62,000 nucleotides of DNA from Lama guanicoe (Eukaryota): the NCBI GenBank assembly GCA_013239625.1, contig MU053365.1, positions 372,001 through 434,000 on the forward strand, in the 5' to 3' direction. The translations under genes and the position numbers were made by a program. This document shows positions 35,590 to 49,789 of the stretch, piece after piece (the stretch's first letter is position 1; each line of letters begins with the position of its first letter). A model generated the notes under the pieces. The model was not told the origin of the DNA and made no database searches. It worked only from the letters and a program-made list of their open reading frames with translations.

Positions 35590-36495
35590 AAGTGCTCAGT
35601 CTAAAATTACTGGAATCATAGGCTAAAAATCTTGGAATCGCAGGCTAAAAATCTTGGACTCATTTTTGACTTGTATATTTTTTTTCGTATCTCCATTCAA
35701 TCAACCCATCAGCAAATCTTACCAGTTCTCCCTTCAAAATAGGTCTCGGATCCAACCCCTCTCCATCACCCTCACCACCACCGCCCTGGTCCAAGTCCCC
35801 ACCATTCTCACCTAGCTCGGCAGTAGTCTGCTTACAGAACGTTTCCTCTGCTTCCACCCCTGACCCTCATAGTCACTTCTCAGCCATACTGTGATCCTAT
35901 TATGACGTAAATCAGATCTGATCTCTTCTCCACTCAAAATCTCTAGTGGCTCCCAGCTCAGAGTCAGAACCAAAGTCTTTCCCATGGCCTACCAGCTTTT
36001 GTACAATGGTTCCCAGTGAACATGCTGGCGCCCTCTTTTAACATTCTTGCTCTTACTTACTTTGCTTCAACTGAACTATCTGCTTTACTGCTTCCAGCGA
36101 CACCAAATACCTGCATGTCTCAGGGCCTTTGCACATGCTATCCTTCTTCCCCACCAAATCTCTGCGGTGCTCATTCCCTTGTTTCCTTTAGATCTTTGTT
36201 CACATGCCAGCTCTCAGTGAGGCCTCCCTGACCACCCTATTGAAAACCACAACTCTACTCCATCCCTCTCTAGCACTCTCCCCCGATTTCTCCCCACAGC
36301 ACTTACCATCTTCCAACGTATGTTATCATACATATTTATGTCATTTATCGTCTGTCTCCACCCAATAACATATAAAGTCCACTAGGGGCAGAGCTTTGGG
36401 TTGCTTTGTTTCCTGCTGTATCTCTAGCTCCTAGAACAGTGCCTGGCACCTAGTGGGTAGTCCATAAATATTTGATGCACAAATGCATGCCTGAA
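35590..36495 (+). mobile_element. L2a LINE 3' portion (~0.9 kb)
   Basis: ctcagggcctttgcacatgct...ctcagtgaggcctccctgaccaccctatt...tagaacagtgcctggcacctagtggg...ataaatatttg. Confidence 0.85.
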
Positions 36496-36589
36496 TGCGA
36501 AAAAATGTAAGTGTGGGTTTTGTGAATTAGGTCATGTTGGTGGATTCCATGACCGACAAAGTAAACCAGTAACAACAGGTATGAGGACT

Positions 36590-36885
36590 AAGAGTGCTTG
36601 TTTATTGAGCAACTACTCGGTGCCATGGGCTGAGTACTTGACACGTTACTGCAGTCCTCACAGTAGTTCTCTGAAGAGATGGGACCCAGTTGAACCCAAC
36701 CAGATGGAGGAAATGTATGTGTCTGATGTTGTGCGGTGGGCAAGGAAGGTTCTCTATAGTGTATGCAGCTGGGTCCAGCTTCCAAGACACCGAGACTCGG
36801 GCAACTTAAGTAAGCTTGCCTAAGCTCACACGGCTACTCACTGGAAGAGCTAGTGGTCAGCTCCAGGCTGGCCTGACTCCAGAGC
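36590..36885 (-). mobile_element. MIR SINE with a short internal non-MIR segment (~36715-36790)
   Basis: tttattgagcaactactcggtgcca...cagatggaggaaat [insert] accgagactc...ttaagtaagcttgcctaagctcacacggcta. Confidence 0.55.
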
Positions 36886-38739
36886 TGTTCCCACAATGCA
36901 GCAGGGAACGAGAAAGAGCAGCAGACGCCCACACAGCTCATTCTTTCCAAACCTATGGAAGAGCAGTGGCCTCTGAGCCACCCCAAGAAACCACGAATAA
37001 CCCTCACTTGTTTTTACCTGGAAAATCCTCAGGAGATTAAGTGGCCCCCTGCCATACCCAGTCTCTACCTCTGCTACCTTCAGTCACATAGGAGCCGGCC
37101 TTGGAAGCACATCCAAACTGATAATAGTCACACGGAAGATTTGAGAGTTGGACTTGGAGAATTGTCCCGTCCATTCCTCTGGCTTGACAGCAGGGTAAAC
37201 TGGGGCGCAGAGACAGAAGGGGTGCCGGGCAGCTTTGGTGGGAGAGTGCTAGTCTCTTGGCTCCCAGTGGTGCCTAATATATACTGGCCATACAGAGGAG
37301 GACTTCGGTCTAAGTCGTGTTCCCTGATAGCAGCCGTAACTGTAGCAAGGAAGATAGAAATTCAGCCCCAGTTCTATAGAAATAGCCAGTGAATGCCACA
37401 AATGATTGAGTTTAAGGATGAACACACTGTGACAGCCTCTCCTTTCCTGTTGAAGTGGATCCTTCCCATAATACTGTTCTGAGCTAGTTCCCGAATGCTC
37501 AACCAGTCCACAGATGACTTACTAATGCACTTTCAGAAACAGAACCCCACCCCCAGTCCAAGTATGGCCCAACATTTGCCACAGGGTAAAAAAAAAAAAT
37601 GCATTTCAGCCTTCCTCTTATTAAAAGAGACAGCAAGATAATTTACCTTCGTCTTTCTGAGTCATGTTAATAAGTTTATTTCAATAAAGTCAGCCATTAT
37701 AGATGATAAAAGTAGTGCAAGACATGGAAATTAGGAGATGCTAGCTTGGTGTGGTTTGTGTTCACATAATGACTAAGGCCACCAATTAATTGGAGAAGTG
37801 CTATTTATAACTGTACCACTCTGATAAATGGGCGATAAAGGCTATTGAAACCTCCGCAATTTTTCTTCCCTTTTGCTCTAAGAGGCAGAGGCATTGTTTG
37901 AAGTATCAATGCCCTGCCATAGACAGGGCGTGTGAACTAGCTCAGGGTCGAGAATGCAAATCACAACCACGGCTTGCACGTGAATTCTTACACTCTCATA
38001 TTAGCACAACCACTTGTAAAGCATGTGCAGCCTTCGATGAAGTGAATGAAGCCCATCACTCAGAGGCAGTGGCAGTTTGCAAAAATTTCCCTCATCCCGA
38101 GAGCCCCCGCCTGAAGTCAAGCCAGCAGTAGGTGCAGAAATAGCGCCGCCCTAGCGGCCAGGGGGCCAGGAGCACTGTGTTATTTAAACCCGCATCGGCT
38201 GCAGGGAAGTGACTCACGAGGTGACAGACACTCCTCCAGTTCCACGAGCCCGAGGCCGCAGAGTCCTTGCCTTGCTGGTGATGGGGGGATGTGGTTTGGG
38301 CCGCATGCAGTTGAAATTTGCAGGTGAGAACGCCAGGGGCGAGTGAGGATGGAGGACAGAGCAGGTGACCTGCAGGCCCAGCACTGCCGCTGACTGGCCC
38401 TGGCTACCTGAAGCGAACCAGCTTCCGGGCTGGGGAAGGAATGACCAGTCAGGTCACAGTGGTCCAGGCTGGCTCTGCGGCACAGAGGCCTCCCGCTAGC
38501 CCCTGAGGAGTTCCAGAAATGGCAGGGCCCCGCATGACTCCAACCCCGACCAGGGCCTTCACATTTGCTTTTGCTCTCCTGCTGCTGAGAGTTGCTGGTG
38601 TGGTCCAAGGTGAAAGGCTTCCAGACGTTTCCTGGGCCCCTTCTTCATGTCTATTGTAGGACTTGTGGAGGCCTGCTGTTTGAGCCACCCCTTTGGCCAA
38701 TGTACGAGGAGTATCATCTCATGTAAGTTTATTGCTTCT

Positions 38740-38930
38740 TACACTTTACGCATCATTTGGACAAAAAACATTCTCTCTTGTTCCTGAGGCAACCTTGTGA
38801 AGGAGCCAGGGCAGAGATCCTTATCCCCATGGGCCAATGAAGAAACTGATGGCCCTGCAGGAAACGAGACTAATTCAAGGCCACGGAGCTAGTACGCAGC
38901 GGTGTCAAGATGGCCCGGGTCTGTCTGACC
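38740..38930 (-). mobile_element. GC-shifted MIR
   Basis: ttatccccat...atgaagaaactgatggcc...caaggccacggagctagta...cccgggtctgtctgacc. Confidence 0.55.
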
Positions 38931-41900
38931 CGTCTTTTCTTGGCCGAGCTCCGACTGAGGCCGTGATGCCGAGTGGCACACGCAGGTAAGCTGTGCTGGC
39001 CTTGCGCCTTGAAGCGGTCCAGGCAGCGCGCGCTCATCCACTTCCTGCACTTGGGCGTGACCCGTGTGGTAGGGCCCGGCAGAAGGTGGCTGTGAGGCCA
39101 GGCTGGGAACTTCCAGAACACTTCTGGACTACCTATGGATCTGGGTCTCTCATCACCTTTGGTTTTGTAGGCCAGGAAAGGGGATACAGCCACTGGGCCC
39201 GGGATCCCGGCCTGGCTTCCGGCCTAGCACAGACCAGGATGAATGGAGCTTCTACTAAACACAGAAACAGACATCTGTCTGGTCTCAGAAAGGCGACTTT
39301 AGATAGAGACACATGACAAGGGCACCCGGTGGCATCTGTTTTGCCATTTAAGTCAAGTGTGCCAGTGAATCACAGCAGTACAAACAGGCCAGGATGCCTG
39401 CCTCGGCTACACGGCAACCTACAGGTAACTATGAGATGTCAGGTTTTTTAATGATATTAAAAGAGGCGGCATTACTTTATATTACTTTGAAGAAATCTGA
39501 CTGCGTACAGCAGGATGGAATTTCACTTCACGTATCTTCATCAGTGGAGGGCTGCACTTCAAAGAGAAACATTAACTGAGGGGAGACCAGCAACTACTTT
39601 CATTGCTCAGATGAAAATAAAACCCTGGGTAGATGGGCTGTGCATTAGCTTGTAATCAACAGTGAATCAAAGACTCAGGCTGAAAGACTCAGAATTGTAA
39701 TCTAACTAGTTTTCTTACTGTTTGGAGAGATTAATTTAGAGCCCGCCCAAGAAGTGCAGGATGGTACACAGCCGGGAGACCTGTCAGCTCCCGTCTCCAG
39801 TCTGGGAGAACTCGGCGATTGGATCTCAGTGCAGTAACAGCGAGTCCCCCGAGGAGGACAAGGTGTAAGGTGTGTGGCTCTGGCCGTCGAGTGACTTATC
39901 AGCTAGAGGAGGAGCCTGGAGTCCCGGCAAGATCCCAGCTGGGGAACCCAGGCAACTCTGGGCTGCATTCTCGGCCACTGTTAATTAACCTTTCTAAGCC
40001 TCAGTTTCCTCGTCTGCAGGGAGAGGACGAGGCCTTGCAGAGTTGCTGAACTAATTAGAGATGATGAATAGACTGTGCCAGGCCCAGCGGGCGCTCAGCA
40101 CAGACAGCAGTCGTTGCTGCCATGGCTTTCAGAAGGCGGGCTGGCTGCGCAGAGCCGGAAACAGTGGACAAGGCAGGCTGTGTCACAGCAGGAAACGCCA
40201 AGCCCGGCCGGCCTGTGGGCAGCATCTTGCAACCTCGGAGCTGTGCGGGCTCCCGAAAGCACACCCCCCGCTCTCATCTACTCTACCTCCAACCACTCAT
40301 CCCTCACTGCAAAATTATTTTTAAAAGATGTAAATGCAACATCCTGGGATGACTCCCAAATTTGTTCCTGACAAATGATCTTGGGTGGCAGCTTCCCGTT
40401 CTGTGGCTAAATGAACCCAAGGACTACTAATTCCTTTGAAGTTAATAAAGGCTTTATTGGCTTCAAATAATTGCTGTTTGTTTGGCTGCTATGATTCCAG
40501 TTCCACACTCTCTCGACATAATGTAAGCTGGCAGAAGTTTCTACCTTTTACAAGTTTTAAATCCCAATAGAATTGACAGAAAAAGCTATAACCACAAATT
40601 GCTTTGCAATTTTCCTCTTTCTTCCCAGCAAGTCCTGTATGGTTATATTATGAACCTTGCTTCACACAAACTGCTTGTGACTTTTATGGCCCTTTTGTGA
40701 TCTAAATGGCTATCTCATAAGATATTCCATTGCCGCTTCTTTTTCAATTGCTTTTACTGTGAAATGCCCTTGTGGAGAGTTCTGGGGACCATTTCACACT
40801 CTTACGGTATTGATTTGCTGAACCTGATGATAGGTTTATATTTAAGATACAGTACTGTATATGAACAGAGTGGGAAGCTTATGAAAAACAGAGCCAAAGC
40901 TTCCATGGAGGAGATGCTGGGTACCATTTGTATGTTCTGGAATACAAGGACAATCCCTAATCATCTTGGCATTCATCTCATAAACTCAGCACATGGAAAG
41001 ACTGCCGGAAAAAATGACAATTCGGTCTCCTTAGTAATTCCTTCCCCAATATTGTTATGTTCAAACGAGGTGCAATTTAACCGTGAATATATAGAAACAT
41101 TATAACATCATTTGTTCAGTCTACTAAAGTAGGGAGTTTGGCAGCACTTTCGTGGTAAACATTTTTCATGACCCTCCACGAAAGAAGCCAACATCTGTCT
41201 GGGATGCGAACACGAGGTCCCTCTTTGCCTGTGACTGAATTGCTGGTTAGTGCTCAAAATAATAACCAAATGCAAGAGACTACTCAGAGGCCCCTCACCT
41301 CCAGTCCAGCCTTCCAGTCATCTTTGCTTTTGTTCTACAGACCACAGTGTAATGAGAAGGAGCTTGAGTCTGAGTCCTGGAGGACAAGGAAAGGAAAGAG
41401 AAGGGAGGACTGTGAGGAAACAGGTAAGAGAGAGGGAAGGCAGGCAGAGAGGAAAAAGGAAGAGAAAACTTAATCAAAGAGAGGAAGGGGAGAGAAGAAA
41501 GTAAAATGTGAAGAATGATTGGTGGTAGTAGAGTCATTTATTTAAATAGGAAAATGATGCACCTTATTGGCCTGACTGCCGTAAGGTCTCTGCAAAGACA
41601 TGTTCCCTACCTTGAACCCTGTCTCAGTCATACTCTCTTTTTCTAAAGAATTCTCGAGCCAGAGCATTAGTAGCTATTCCTAATGTCTATGTTCAAGGTC
41701 CCAATTTCCCTCCCTTCCAGAGTCTATTAGTCCTCTGGATAAATTGAAAAGTGTAAGTCTCAAGCATGCCATAAAAAAAAAAAACTCAACATTACTCAAA
41801 GCAGCACCGAAAGGTAAACCGATCACTAGAATGCATTAAAAAACCCCACAACTTCAAGCACAATCACTAGAGAAAATGAGACCTTAGGTCTCAGGGTTGG

Positions 41901-43039
41901 AGAATCTTAAATTATCTGGGAGGAAACAGAACTGGGAGGAGGGCACCAGCTGAATGCTCCGTGTGCTTTTCGATTAGAGCGCCAGGGAAGAACATGTCAG
42001 CTGCACTTTCCATGTGACACCAAGGCTGTTTTATTCTAAGAGGTCACCCCAGTAGATCCACCAATAAGCTTCCATTTGAACAACAAAAATCAATGAATAT
42101 GGATTGAAGTGGTATGCGGGAGTCGGTCGCTGGGGAGATGGCAAGGAGGTCACTGCAATTTGGCAAGGCTTTGATGTGGGAAGGAGTGGATGGCTGCGAA
42201 CACCAGCAAGATGGCCTCTACCCCGTATCCTCTATAATTACGAGCTATAAATTCCACTCCGCATTCTCCATATGCTACATCTTCATTTAGAAAGCACGGC
42301 CTTCATGACGACTTCCATCTCAGCTCCGGGATGGAACTGATTCCCTCATACAGCCTCAACAAGAGTGACTCGTATGAACTTTAACGACTCCCCTTTCTGC
42401 TTTGCATAGGAAGGGTGAGGCGACTTGAGGGGGTGCCCCCCTCCCGAGTCACACCATCGTTCGGCCGGTGTCAGGAGTGAGGAGCTCATGCAACCAGCGT
42501 GAAGCAGAGTGGGAGAATTTCAACTCACCCTTTTCATCTCAAAAGAGACCGAATAAATAGAATTGTCAGACTTCGATGTGGCTAGGCTGCTTTTGGCAAA
42601 GGACGCCAACACGTAGTCTGTTATTTTCTTTTATGCTGTAGCAAGTTTAGAACAAAAATGGAACTTCCAGTACAGTCTCGATGCCGCTCTGCCCCTGGAC
42701 TTACTCTTGACATAAATGCACAGTACATGGGAAGCAGCTGAGCTGCAAGACAAGGCAAGGAAAATACTAGAAATCTCTGATCTGCTAAACTGTGGCTTGC
42801 TTTTGTGGCAAGTGCACTCAGAACCTGCATCCAGCAGATTCAGCAGATGTTTATCCAGCACTTACCATATGCCAGGGATTTTATATCCATGATAGGAGGA
42901 ATTATGTCATTTTAGAAATAAGGAAACTAAGGCTCTGGAGCTCTTGACACTGAACCCAGCCGGTAGGCTTTCCAGCACAGGGACGAACGTCATAGAGAGC
43001 ATCATTTCATCTCCATTGCAGCCTATAAAGCGGGTCCTA

Positions 43040-43170
43040 TCATTCCCATTTTACAGATGAGGAAAGGGAGGCAAAGAGAGGTGAAGCAATTTGCTCAAAG
43101 TTACCCAGTGGGGAGGAGCAGGGTTAGGATTTGAACCCAGACCCTTCACTTCTCCAGACTGTGCCTTGGG
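43040..43170 (-). mobile_element. MIR SINE
   Basis: cccattttacagatgaggaaagggaggcaaagagaggtgaagcaatttgctcaaagttacccag...ggatttgaacccag. Confidence 0.8.
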
Positions 43171-46100
43171 TTCTTTGAAAGCCTCACAGAGGACCTGGAC
43201 TCCCGAGGACAGTGCCAGCAGCCAGAATTTTGCCAAGTAGGTGACCTACTAGCATCCCGTGGGACAAGTATGTGTGTGACACACTGTAGAAATGTTGTCC
43301 TTTAATATTTCTTGCACCTGTTCGCCTAAACCAATATTAAATGCCTACTGTGTGCTAGGCACTTCCCCTTTATATATTGGTTAAAAAGTTCAAATCGTTT
43401 TTCCGATTTTTCTAATTTTTTCTAAAATGTAGAGATGATAATACTGTGTCCTTAAGAGGGTATCTTTAAAATGTGAGATGAAACAACTAGACATCCTCAA
43501 ATGTATCCCTATGGCTGTTCACTGACAGGAAGCTACACATCAGCAGAAGGAATTCATAGATGAGAAAGGATGAGAGCTGCCCGGAGCCTTAGAGCCCATG
43601 CCATCCCCTCTTTCATTTGATTCAGGAGGAAATGGAGGCAAAGCAGACAGCTACTCTTAAAAGCCAACTGTTAATATAATTCAATCTAGTATCATGCAGA
43701 TCTACTTCTTAGCAGTGTCTGTGGAATGATTCGGTTTGGATGTGTGTGCAAGTGTCCTGTTATATGCGTTTACTTATTGAATAGATCATGCTGGGTGTTG
43801 ATATTCAGCCTTTGAAGAAGCTTCTGGTAAAATCTGAGATGGAGAGAGCACAGAAATTAGAACTCAACAGAAGCAGAGGACGCCCACATGACCCAAAGGT
43901 TGTTGGAACCAGCAGGATTTGGGGGGAGGCTGGATTTCATGCTAACATTTTCAAAAATTATTCTGTATCACACTTGGATTGGCATCTGTCCAACAGTGGA
44001 AGCATCTGTGTATCTGAACTCCCCTCCACCCCCTACAGCAAAGCTCCAATTGCCCCTGTGGGCAGGTGTTGGCTTCCTCATTTTGGCATCCCCTTCAGTG
44101 TCCAGCAGAGTACAGCCTCAACACATTTCCATTTGAGTGCATCAAATCATGCAGAATGCTTTCCCTGGAAGATATACTAACTGTTCAGGTTACCTCCGTC
44201 TTCATCATCCCATAGAAATCCAGCATTGTTTCTCTAGGTGGACGGCATGAGACACAAGTAAGAACCCTGAAGCTAAACAGGTTTGCCTTCGGTGACAGAA
44301 AATTGACATTTGCTAAAAGAACGTATGCGCACAGGCAGATGCTCACACGTATACATACATGATGGATTTTTTTTTTACAAATCTCACTTATCTCCTTTCA
44401 TTAGCTGACAGGTTTAATCGCTATCTCTGGTCATGAATTATGCCCCTGAAACAAATCAAAGTGCACACAATAAAAGAGTTTAATATTTTGAGTTCCCATC
44501 ATCAGCCCTCCACTCTACTAAGAAGATTTGAGACTGCTCCATCTGTCTAAAGGTGAGATTCAATTCACTTTTTCCAGAAAAATCTAAAATATGTTGATCA
44601 TCACTAATGTTATTTATGTCAATAGAACTTCAGGCTTAAATGTAATTAGGCCCCATTTATCTGCCGGCCACTGCCACAGTCTCAGCTGTGGCTCCATTTT
44701 GACATATTCTACTTTTTCAGGAAAGGAAAACAGCCCCAGAGAATCAGCCCTAACTTCCTTTTCCATAACAAACACTACACACAAACAGTCCTCTTCCCTC
44801 GAAGGTCTAGACACTCACCAGCCTCATAAACACATGCCATCAGATAAGCTTTTGGTTGGATTTAGAAAGTGAGACGGGACCCTGTGAGAGGCAGTATTTG
44901 GTGCCCTGTGCCTTTCCTAGCAGAGAAGAAAACCCTTTGAGGCAAAGACTATCCGTGTCCTACACAGCAAATAACCATGTGTTCTCTTAGGAGCTGAAGT
45001 AGGTTTTGATTCCATGGGCTCTATCCATGGGACCCTGTTCAACTCTGCTCACACACACCGCGATTTTTAACACATGCCTATATTTTATCTATCACACATA
45101 CTTTGTTTTTACTTACAAGTGAGTTTGACATGGTTTGCTGTTTCAGATTCCAAATTTCAGCAAACAGGAGTAGAGTTTACTATGCCCGCATCATAAAGCT
45201 GCCCCGAGAGGTAATACTGAAGGACGGCGCCATTAGGGAAACCAGCTCTTAATAAGGCGCTTTTGGTAATTTGGGGGCAAAAGCTCTCGTGCTAAGCCTA
45301 TGAGGTACAAAAGGAAACCATTTCAATCCCCAAATCTACAGACTGATAAAAAGCAATCTATAATTGCATCGAATGATAATTTAGTCTATTGCACATGGGC
45401 CATGATGGTATAGATTTGGTTTTGAGGCGTCAGCTCCCTATAGTGGTTGGGATGTGAAAGGTATGATTTGTTTTATTGTCTGAAAAATGTCTCTGTGCTT
45501 TATAAGGGGCACCTGTGTAACAATGAGCACGGTGAGGGCCAAAGGACATTAATGCACAAAGAGTGCCAGCCAATTGCTTGCTCTGGCTTCAGAATCTGTT
45601 AGCGAAATCTGGCAGAGTCATGTGCTTCCCATAATAAACTTGTTCCTCCGCCCATGGCTGTTGGATCCCACAAGCCAACGAGCTGTTTTGAGTTTGAAGC
45701 AGAGTATACCTTGGCAAAGAGCAAGTGTCACCATGAATAATGAATGCCCTCTCTCCTGGGCCGGTGCAGAGGGAGGAGCGTGGGGCTTCTTCATAGATGA
45801 CCCCCTCTGAGTGGCGGGCAGAGGCTTGGAGCACAGGGGCGGCAAGTGGGAAATGATTTAGAACCAAGTATTGGTGTTCTGCCGAGGACATCCCATGAAC
45901 TGGGAAGAGAGCAGGGATGTCTGAGTGCCCATTAGTAAACAGCACTGAGGTTATCGAAACCCCCTTGGCAAAGTCATTCCACTATCTGGAAAGACAAAGG
46001 GAGGGAAAAGAGAGTCCTTAGATATGAACTACTTACTACTTTTTCTTCTTTTTCCAGAAAAAACAAGAAAGCAAGATGAAACAGATTCACTGAATTCCCC

Positions 46101-47419
46101 CAAACTGAAACTATACTCCATGAGGACCGAATGGCGTGGCATTTGAATGATTCTTCAGCCACAAATTAGCACCTCTTAAGAGCTTCATGCTTTGGAGCCA
46201 TTGATTTTTGATAAATCCTGATTGGCAAATGTGAGAACAGATGTAGGTGTGCCAGATGGTTTTTCCAGACTTACTCAGGTCTAACTGCCAGACTTTGGGC
46301 CAACTAAAGCTGAGAAAATGAAAGAAAGAATTTATTCTCTTGCTCCAGACTCTGGGGACGGCTGTCACGTGCCGCTAGTCCACGCACTATGTGCCACGCC
46401 ATCCTTTTGGAAGAGAACCACTTATGCAACTCCCAGGCCAAAAGAAATATACCAAGGGAGGGAAAGCAGAAAATAGTTTCCAAAAAATTAAAATATGCTG
46501 GAAAACAGGGAAAATACCAATTATCAGTTATCCAAGATTTTATGAGAAAACGCTTGATTCCTTTGAGCCAAACAGTGTTTACAGTTGCAGCAATGAAAAT
46601 TCTAATTTTGTGCTCTAATGAACACAAAACGATCCATACTCAACCTTGGCAAAACTTATAATGACTGTGTAATTGAAGTGAATTTGTCATATTAAAATAT
46701 TTCATAAAATTACAGAAAAATGCCAAGAAGTAAGAACACGGATCAGGAAGACTTGGCTATGTGACCCTGTAGGCACACTGCCTCCCTGGTTTATAAGTAG
46801 AATGAGAGTTTACAGAAGACGCCATTCATACTTAACACCCGCTGACCAATCCATGAGACGGTGGATGTTTTTGAGAAAGAGCCACATAATAGTCATTTTA
46901 TTCTAAGCATTAAACATACCAAGTAATCATTTTCTTTTGTTGACAAATCTCTTCATATACTTAAACTGCTATTAATTCCTCCTCACTATGCATTTGGAAT
47001 GTAAAAAGGGGAAGTTTTTTTTTCTGGTGACATTCCCTAGTTAGAATCAGCTAGCGGTTCTCAGCCACGATGGAGGCTGTGGGGAACTCAGAGTCCCCAG
47101 CAGGGCTGAAAGAGAAATGCAAATCACAGCAGCGTATGAGTGTAAACACAGAGATTGGAGAGGACTTTGACCACACCCTAGTTCGGAGACTATTCAATAG
47201 ATTCGAGGCCTGATTCCCAATCCTATTCTCTTCTGAATCTCTTGGATTCAGAATTGGAAATATCCGCCTCTGTACTGCTGAGGCTTCTGTCTGTGTGTCA
47301 CACATGCAAAGTCCAAATATCTGCTCTTTGGTTTAGTCTTCTAAACAAAGTGTATATATAATGTGCACTGAGCTCTGGACAGTGTCTAGATGGTACACTG
47401 AGGTTAAAAAATGTGTAAC

Positions 47420-48615
47420 TGGAACCCAGAATACCTAAAACACCTTGAAAAAGAAGAAAATTGGAGGAATCACACTCCCCAATTTCAAAATCTACTACAA
47501 AGCTATAGTAATAGTGTGGTACTAGACTCAGAATTGCTATCTAAATCAATGGAACAGAAATAAGAGTCCAGAAATAAACTCTCACATTTATATCTTTTCA
47601 ACAAATGGTGCTGGGACAATTGGATTTCTACATGCAAAAGAATGAAGTTGGACCTCTACCTCACACCATGGAAAAATACCAAGTCAAAATGGATCAAAGA
47701 CCTAAGCCCTAAGCCCTAAAAGTCTTAAGAGCACAAGCAACAAAAGAGAAAAATAGGTAAGTTGGATTTCAACAAAATTAGAAACTTTTGTGCCTCAAAG
47801 GACATCATCAACAAATTAAAGACAATCCAAAGAATAGAAGAAAACTTTTGCAAGTCATTTATCTGCTAAGGGACTTGTGTTGAGAATATATAAAGAATCA
47901 TTACAACTCAGTATAAAAAGATACAGGATCTGAAGAGGTGTTTCTCCAAAGGAAATACAGACTTGGCCAATAAGCACATGGAAAAATGCTTAACATGATT
48001 AGGCATCAGGTAAATGCAAATCAAAACCACAATGATAATTTACTTCACACCCACTAAGATGACAATAATCAAAAAGTTGGATAATAACCAGTGTTGGTGA
48101 CAGTGTCAAGAAATTGGTGCCTCCTACACTGCTGGTGAGAATGCAAATGCCGCTGCCACTGTAGAAAACAGTCTGGCAGTTTCTCAAAAGGCTAGACGTA
48201 GAATTCCCATGGGATCTAGCATTTCTATTTCTAGGTATACACCTAAAAGAATTGAAAACATATGACTACACAAAAACTTGTGCATCAGTGTTCACAGAGA
48301 ACTATTCACAAGGGCCAGAAAAGGTGAACACAACCCAAATGCCCCTCAGTTGATGATGAATGGGCAAACACGATGTGGTCTATCCATAAGATGGAATATT
48401 ATTCAGCCACAGAGAGGAATGAAGTCCTGATTCACACTACAACACGGATGAACCTTGAAAACGTTATGCTAACTGAAAGAAGCCAGACACCTGAGACCAC
48501 ATGTTGTATGATTCCACTAATATAAAATGTCCAGATGAGACAAATCCATAGAGACAGAAAGTAGATTAGTGGTAAGGGCTGGGTGGAGGGAAGAATGGTG
48601 AGTGACTGTTTCATC
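47420..48615 (+). mobile_element. L1MB7/8-type ORF2 3' end plus 3' UTR, with multiple internal deletions
   Basis: atcaatggaacagaaataagagtccagaaataaac...aaatgcaaatcaaaaccacaatg...ggatgaaccttgaaaacgttatgctaactgaaagaagccagac...caaatccatagagacagaaagtagattagtgg. Confidence 0.88.
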
Positions 48616-48899
48616 AGACCATAACTCCAATTCTCCAGTCCACTTTACCTGCTTTGGCTGTGGCTTGAAGAGTCTCTGCTTAGGACCACTGTTCAGTTGA
48701 TTCCGACTAGTGGCCCCTTTAGTAGCCCGCTTGGCAAGTTGGTGAACCTTCCAGGTTGTGTCCCAGTGGCTCCATCTACCAACAGCAGGTTGGCAAAGAA
48801 AATGTTGTTTCTGGCTCAGTGGGGTGCCCTCAAATGACAATGACGTCGCTTAACCTACTGATGAGTTGACATCATTAATGCAACTCAGCTTTACTTATC

Positions 48900-49192
48900 C
48901 CAGCAAGTCCCAAAGTAGATTTTGATATCCCATAGACAAAAGGCTTCTAGGTCAAATAAGTTTGGGAAACACTGCAATAATCTATAGACCGTCTTAGAGA
49001 TATACAATGTACATTAGAATATTAAAGATTCAAATTCAACTTAGAAGAAAACTTAAACCCAGCACTTCCCTTATTTACTTGACCATTCTGCACCACACAA
49101 ACCTACACATGAACCTGTCTGTTTTGTCTCCTGCACAACACCTATTAATGTCCCTCAAAACATGACTCATGGACCACACTTTGGGAAATGCT
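48900..49192. mobile_element. MER113/Charlie4-like hAT element
   Basis: ggtcaaataagtttgggaaacactgc...cccagcacttccc...cacactttgggaaatgct. Confidence 0.55.
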
Positions 49193-49789
49193 AAGTTAGC
49201 CCATCAAATACTGGCTGAAAGAAGAGAGAAGTATGACCTTAAAGCTTTCACTGTCCGGGTACATTATCGTGCTTTGAAGAATTTTACTCTTAAAAAAAAT
49301 GGACAGGGATGCATAATGCTCAAATCCCTAGAACAGTGTTTCCTAACCTATTCCACATCGTGGTCCATATAGGAAAGGCTTGGAGCAGTATGGCTTGTCA
49401 AGAGACTCCAGGGCTCCTGGGTCCCGCCAGCCCTAGTATTACAAGGATCAGCATACAAGCATTTCTGCAACCTATGCCATTGAAACGCTGCTGCGAAGTT
49501 CTGCTCTTGATAATCCACCACAAAACCACCCTAATTCAACTAGTTTCCTGTTGGGAATTGGTAGGTAAATGGTCTAGGTGATACTTTACTTATCTGGACT
49601 TGGGCGAATTTGTGCAGGCACTACCATAATGTTTTCTCACATCTCTGTGAGATTGACTATAGTTTCAATAAGGTGGTAGGAAGCGGGTGGAGCACAGGGA
49701 TGATTTACCCCCAAACTGCCAAATCCAGGAACAGAACTGGATTCTCTGAGGAATGAGACTGAGCACTGTTGCATCAAAGCACCTAGATC

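Noticed and set aside
47700..47720. Telomere-like cctaagccctaagccctaa (and cctaaccctaa at about 58090)
   Set aside because: Only 2-3 imperfect units, and the first is a slippage within L1. Not an interstitial telomere.
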